NCBI GenBank assembly: GCA_030704615.1
Contig: CM060731.1
Span: 65,224,001 to 65,288,000, forward strand
From: Takakia lepidozioides
Lineage: Eukaryota; Plantae; Bryophyta
DNA length: 64,000 bases
Direction of reading: 5' to 3'
Each line of letters starts with the position of its first letter. Positions within the stretch are counted from its first letter, which is position 1. Shown in pieces: positions 59,145-64,000 of the stretch. The notes beneath the pieces are model-generated. The model searched no databases, was not told where the DNA came from, and saw only the letters and a program-made list of their open reading frames with translations. A program made the translations under genes and the position numbers.

Positions 59145-61810
59145 CTACTCTCCGTATGCACGTCTTGACATTTCGGCGTAAGGGTCACCCATACACTCCA
59201 TAATTTCTCGCCACAAAGGCTTTGGCAGTTTAATACATTGCTTTAAGATGAAGTATTTAGAACAAGAAGCTAGGTACCAAGTGCCTGCTGCCACTTCCCG
59301 CTCCAACTGGCCTCGGTCCCAGCCTGCACAACACAAGGGCCCAGCATATGGAGAAGCATCAGGCAGCAGGACACCACCAAGAGGGGTACGCACCTGCAAC
59401 ACTTGCAATCAGGAATCCACTAAATTCAGAGAAATGCTATGTCTATCCATGCAGACACAGGTCCCCTAACAAGCTTGCTTCAATCAAGAATGAAGTTGCC
59501 ATTTTCTTTAAGATCCTGACCCTCTAGTAGCAGTGGAGATTACAGCACTCCAACAGCTGTTTTGATTTGTGAATTCACTGAGTCACCATAACACCATATA
59601 ACACCATCCTCGGAATGGTCAAAATGAGAGCAGTGTTGTGGGAACATAGAAAAGAACCTGCGTATCGTAAAAACCAACGATAATCCGAAGCACGGCTTGC
59701 ACCACTTTGAACGCTTTCCTTGATGGAAGGGGAACCCCCCATGTAAACACCGCTGATGATTTCCCGAGTGTCTTGTAGGCCTGGCACGCCATGAATCACA
59801 TGGGTATGGTTGGCTCCCACATCACCACCTAAGTACAGTGGGCATGTTGCCAATTCTGGCATCATGTCCTCGAATCCTCCGAGCTGCCCCAGTGTATATT
59901 CTGTTGGTCTGTTACCAATCCCTATGGTACTCACTGTCAGTACCTGACTCTGCAAAAACGGAGCAATTGCATGCACCACCTGAAACTGACCATATCAATT
60001 TTTTCTAGATTGTGCCTTACTTACCCAGGTGAGTTCAAATTATTGCCTCTTTTGCATGATGGTATTAACCTACTTACGTAGTCTCTTGTTCCTGACAACA
60101 TGTAACATGGCAGACTGCTAAAATGCTTCCAAGCCCTACGATATCAAACTAATTTCTGGACCTATACTGGTTTCTCCCATTTTGGGTGGCCACAACCGCA
60201 AATAGCCAAAGATGAGTACTAACAACTTACTGAGAACCACATGAGGTCAGGGGCCTCATTGAGTTTGTCTACCAGAATCTCAGCCTCCAGCAGTTGCCTG
60301 CCCTGCCAACTCAATGCTACAAGCATTGTCTCACTTCATTGACTTTACATTTTTGGCAAAAAGCAGTGAGCAGGCCATTAAAGTTTCCAAAGCTTTCTTG
60401 CACTGCTGTTGAACAAAGAGTCAATTTGAAGCATACACTTCATATGCAAGACAAAGAACAGTTAAAGAAACCCACCTATTTAGGATAAGCCCTGCACTGC
60501 CCTCCTCGCTGGTTGCCGAAGACATGAGTACACCCACAAAAGTCCATCAGCACACTATGAACCTTTGCAGCTCAACCTTTTGGCTTCGTCACAGAGATTT
60601 TCAGTGAACTCAATCACATACTACGCTAATGGACGACTCAAAGCCTGCTCTATGGCAAGTCAGCTCCAATGGCAGACAAATATAAGTTAGGTCAGGCTGT
60701 AATCAGTATCGAGCAACATATTTGTCTCCCAACATCAAGCAGAGTAATGAGTTGAGGCCAATTGAGGGTGCAACAAAGACGCACATAATACATCCAACCC
60801 AACTTACATCCTGCCAGGGCATCTTACAGTTGGAACTTGGTTGCAGCCCTTGCTTGGAACAAGGGCGCCAACATAAACAGTCACAGCTCCCTAGATGATT
60901 GGATGGCAAGAGGGAAGTGGGACTGGAGTACCTGTGGGCGAACAGGAAGATGACAGCCCTATGAAAGTAGTGTTGTCGAATGCCAAATGCATGGGGATGT
61001 GCCAAAAGCATACACCCTGCCTCTGGTTCAACCAGAGCATGTGCCCATGCTTCCTGCTCCGCTTTTGCACCCGAGGCTTTGTCGCCCAACACTAGTCTGG
61101 CCCGGAAAGCGCGCCAGTCTGCCTGCTCAACTTGGCCCCGCACCCCATCATCCTCCTTATCACTGCCGAAGCAAGCCTCGGCCTCATCCCTTGTCGCCCA
61201 TACCCTCTGCCTCAGTGCTGCCCCACGACCTGACCCTGCCTTGGCTGCCCGTAAACTGCATACCGTCATTGCAATCCCATGTGGAAACCGTCAGGTGCAG
61301 ACTCTCAGACAGCACCAGCACTACACAGGTGCAGGTAGAAGCAACTTCAGCAAACATTGGGCCATTTTCCGAGAGAGACTTTGCACCCTCACTTGTACAC
61401 ACGGTCATGGTGCTGGTGCTTACTTTTAGAGCTTCCACCTTCCAATAAAAGTTAGGGAGAATTCTGTCCAGATTACATGCCATCACCGTCATGAACACAA
61501 AAATCCTGTAGTATTTACAAACATATTCCAAAATCTGCTCCCAACCCACAGCGCCGATGACTTGACTCTCACTCAACACCAGCACTACAACCATATATGG
61601 AGACAGGCCAGGAACAGAAACTCACCACACTCCACTTCCGGTCCATGCTAACCGCTGTAGCTTTGCAAAATGAGGTAGATCGTGGGTTTGAGCGAGATGG
61701 GCCGCTGCTGTTGAAGCAAAGGTGTGGCTGTGCAGGGGCTGCGGAGAGAGTGCCATCGATCTCAGACCTCAGCACGCAGACTGCCATCGCCATGGACAAT
61801 CCATCGTCGC
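59145..61810 (-). CDS. DUF179 (YqgE/AlgH-like) family protein, multi-exon, probably plastid-targeted
   Basis: DWRAFRARL, WAH...PEAGCMLLA, LYLGGDVG, GVYMGG, RYAGW..GQLERE, LWREI across exons; start approximate. Confidence 0.85.
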
Positions 61811-62110
61811 CTTCTGCTCGCTTCTTCAAACGTGGGCCAGAGGTTTCTCCTCTTTTGTTCTTTCCATGCAAATGGTCTTAGGTTCAACCCACACCTGGCC
61901 TCAGAGCTCTCTTTGCTCTAAAGAGGAGAGGACCTAGGAGAGGAGAGGACCTAGAGGACCTGGACAAGTTGGAGCTCAGTGGATATGGGCACACAGTATT
62001 AGGCGTAGAATTCTGCTTTTGAATCCTCCTCCAAATACGCCATACTTAGGCAGGCAAAATCCTTTACGTGGGGTGGACCCCATACGGACTAACGATGTGA
62101 GCCGTGGGAA

Positions 62111-63916
62111 ATGTCTTCCGTGGCTGCGATCAGACACTACTCGTACCTCCTCCGAGAGTCCGAACGCTGGATTGCGAGTTCCTCGTCAGAGTGGACAGTG
62201 AATCACTCCTTGGAATTTCGCGTGTCTCCTGTCTATCGTCTTACTATTGACTGGCTGGCTGATTGGGAGGGAGACACATGCAGGTCAGAGCGATTGTGAG
62301 GGCAGCTCAGTGGCAGGCTAGAACGGGGAGAAGATGGTGGAGGTGGGATGAGAGGGGGGTGCACGCAGGTGCTGAGGCATCTGATATCACATTGGTGTCT
62401 CAGACTCTGAAAATTGTGTCCCTGGTCAAGGCCTTTCGAAGCCGAGGCCACTTTGTTGCCTCTCTTGGTATGTAGCTCTATTTTCTGCCCAATTGAGGGG
62501 AAAGCCCTGAACCACGTTGGTAGTAGGTGACATTGCCACTGCAGTGAATTTGATGCTGCGTCTCCGCAGCTGAACGTGGATGTAGACTCCTCTGAAGTCG
62601 TGATCGTACATAGTTGCAATGTAAGGATTTCTTTCATGGATTTCCTGGCCTGAAACTTCTCAAGTTTGCTTTGACCTTTTTATTTAGCGATTTAGACGCT
62701 CACTTCGTCCCTTTGCCCTCCAACCGAAGATAAAATTCGGTGGGAGCGCCTCCTCAGTGACAGGCCTGTAGTTTCATTGGAGGCATGTGCTAGCTAAGTA
62801 GTATGGATGCAGATTGGCAAGATGCACTCTCTGACCCTCTGTCCAGGTGCTTTTCATTTTGCTCAATTGGGGCTGCATGCTAGTTCTGAAGGAGAGGACA
62901 GTTCTTTTGTAGGGTTGACACAGCCCACAAATATATGCTACTTACTAGCTTTTAAGTTAATCTGCTGCAAGGTGGATTAGCTCCTCAATGCCACTGGATG
63001 CATAAGCCCCCAGTAGCAAGGATACTTTAAGCTAGTCCCCACCATTACAATAAACTATGAGTGGGGTGACGGGTAATTGAACGGGTAATAGATGTTGGAG
63101 CCAATGGCTCACTCTGCGTCTTTACACACTCAAGCAACTACACCAAATGCTTTGCTAAAAGCCTACCATCCCTGGTCTGTCTGATAGCAGGGCTACAGCA
63201 AAGGAGAAAAAATTCAGTAAGTAAGGATAGCCATGATGTTTCTGCCTTTTGCACAGTGAAGACAATTTTTGTAATTGCTTACTTTGTGCTAGTATTTTCA
63301 AAGTTCCCCGACAGGGGAGGTGGTGGGAGCCATGGGATGGGGGACTTGTGTTACCATAGGTGGATCTCGGCATTACAGGACCTGACTAAGATTAGTTCAC
63401 ATCTGGATGGGGCTGAGGCAGATCCTCTAGGAAGAACACTAGGGCCACTGGTGGAGGGAAATGACTCTTTGGAATACTCAGAACCACCAAATGCCAAAGA
63501 CCTGTTTGAGCTCTTGAAGAACTACCCGGATCTGAACTTGGAGGCTGTTGGACTGAAAGGTGTGGATCCCAATAAAAGGTTCGCTCTCTTTCCTTTTTTT
63601 TCCCTGGAAGTCCCTGCACATTGTCCATGGAAAAACGTTCAACCAAACCACAGACTAATGCATTGTGTGGGGGAAGACAGGTATTTTCTGGGAGATCATC
63701 TCTCCATATCACGTGCCACACAGCTGTTCTGGACAGTTAATGAGGTAGTGGCACTGCTGCATGGGTGTTATTGTGGCACCATGACAGTGGAGTACGAGCA
63801 TGTGGTTGCCCAGCCTGCCAAAGACTGGATCCGGCTGATGGTTGAACGTCCGCAGGCGCGCTCCTTGTTCTCCCCTCCCTACCAACGCCAGATCCTCTAC
63901 CATCTACTCTATACTG
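62111..63916 (+). CDS. 5' part of a 2-oxoacid (2-oxoglutarate/2-oxoadipate) dehydrogenase E1-family gene; continues beyond the window
   Basis: LVKAFRSRGHFVASL|DPL across an intron (62469-63421); YCGTMTVEYEHV...KDWI. Head-to-head with the DUF179 gene. Confidence 0.8.
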
Positions 63917-64000
63917 GTATCTCCTTACCTACCGTTGGCCCTAGCTCAGGGTTTGCGGCTAGTAAGTGGTTTTAATAGAAGGGAGGAGGAAGTGACAAGG

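Overview
Eukaryotic genomic DNA, most likely from a seed-free land plant (short spliceosomal introns, PLS-DYW PPR gene, plant-type retroelements); the species cannot be determined from the sequence. Bases 1-46.5 kb are a nest of transposons: an intact, very young chromovirus (Ty3/gypsy; 1142-8112, TSD TGGTT) inserted in a coiled-coil ORF, a decayed second gypsy, a ~24 kb TIR-bounded Mutator-like composite (13793-37872) holding an endonuclease-less Penelope fragment with a hammerhead ribozyme and a second, complete 11.4 kb Mutator-like element (23706-35067, 9-bp TSD GTCTTCAGA), then CACTA and LINE remnants. Bases 46.5-64 kb are host genes: a DYW-PPR gene with three OSB-type PDF motifs, its partial duplicate, a protein with 19 RRFPPxP repeats, a DUF179 gene and the start of a 2-oxoacid dehydrogenase E1 gene. 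The main candidate for an undescribed system: both Mutator-like elements pair a GCM-like/DDE/SWIM transposase with a divergently oriented, multi-exon gene encoding a ParB/Srx-like domain fused to a beta-class amino-(N4C/N6A) DNA methyltransferase-like domain, and each element carries its own CG-containing palindrome repeated in non-coding DNA, including the same intron of that gene. This suggests a transposon-encoded self-recognition and marking system. All domain calls are from motif recognition by eye; no searches were run.
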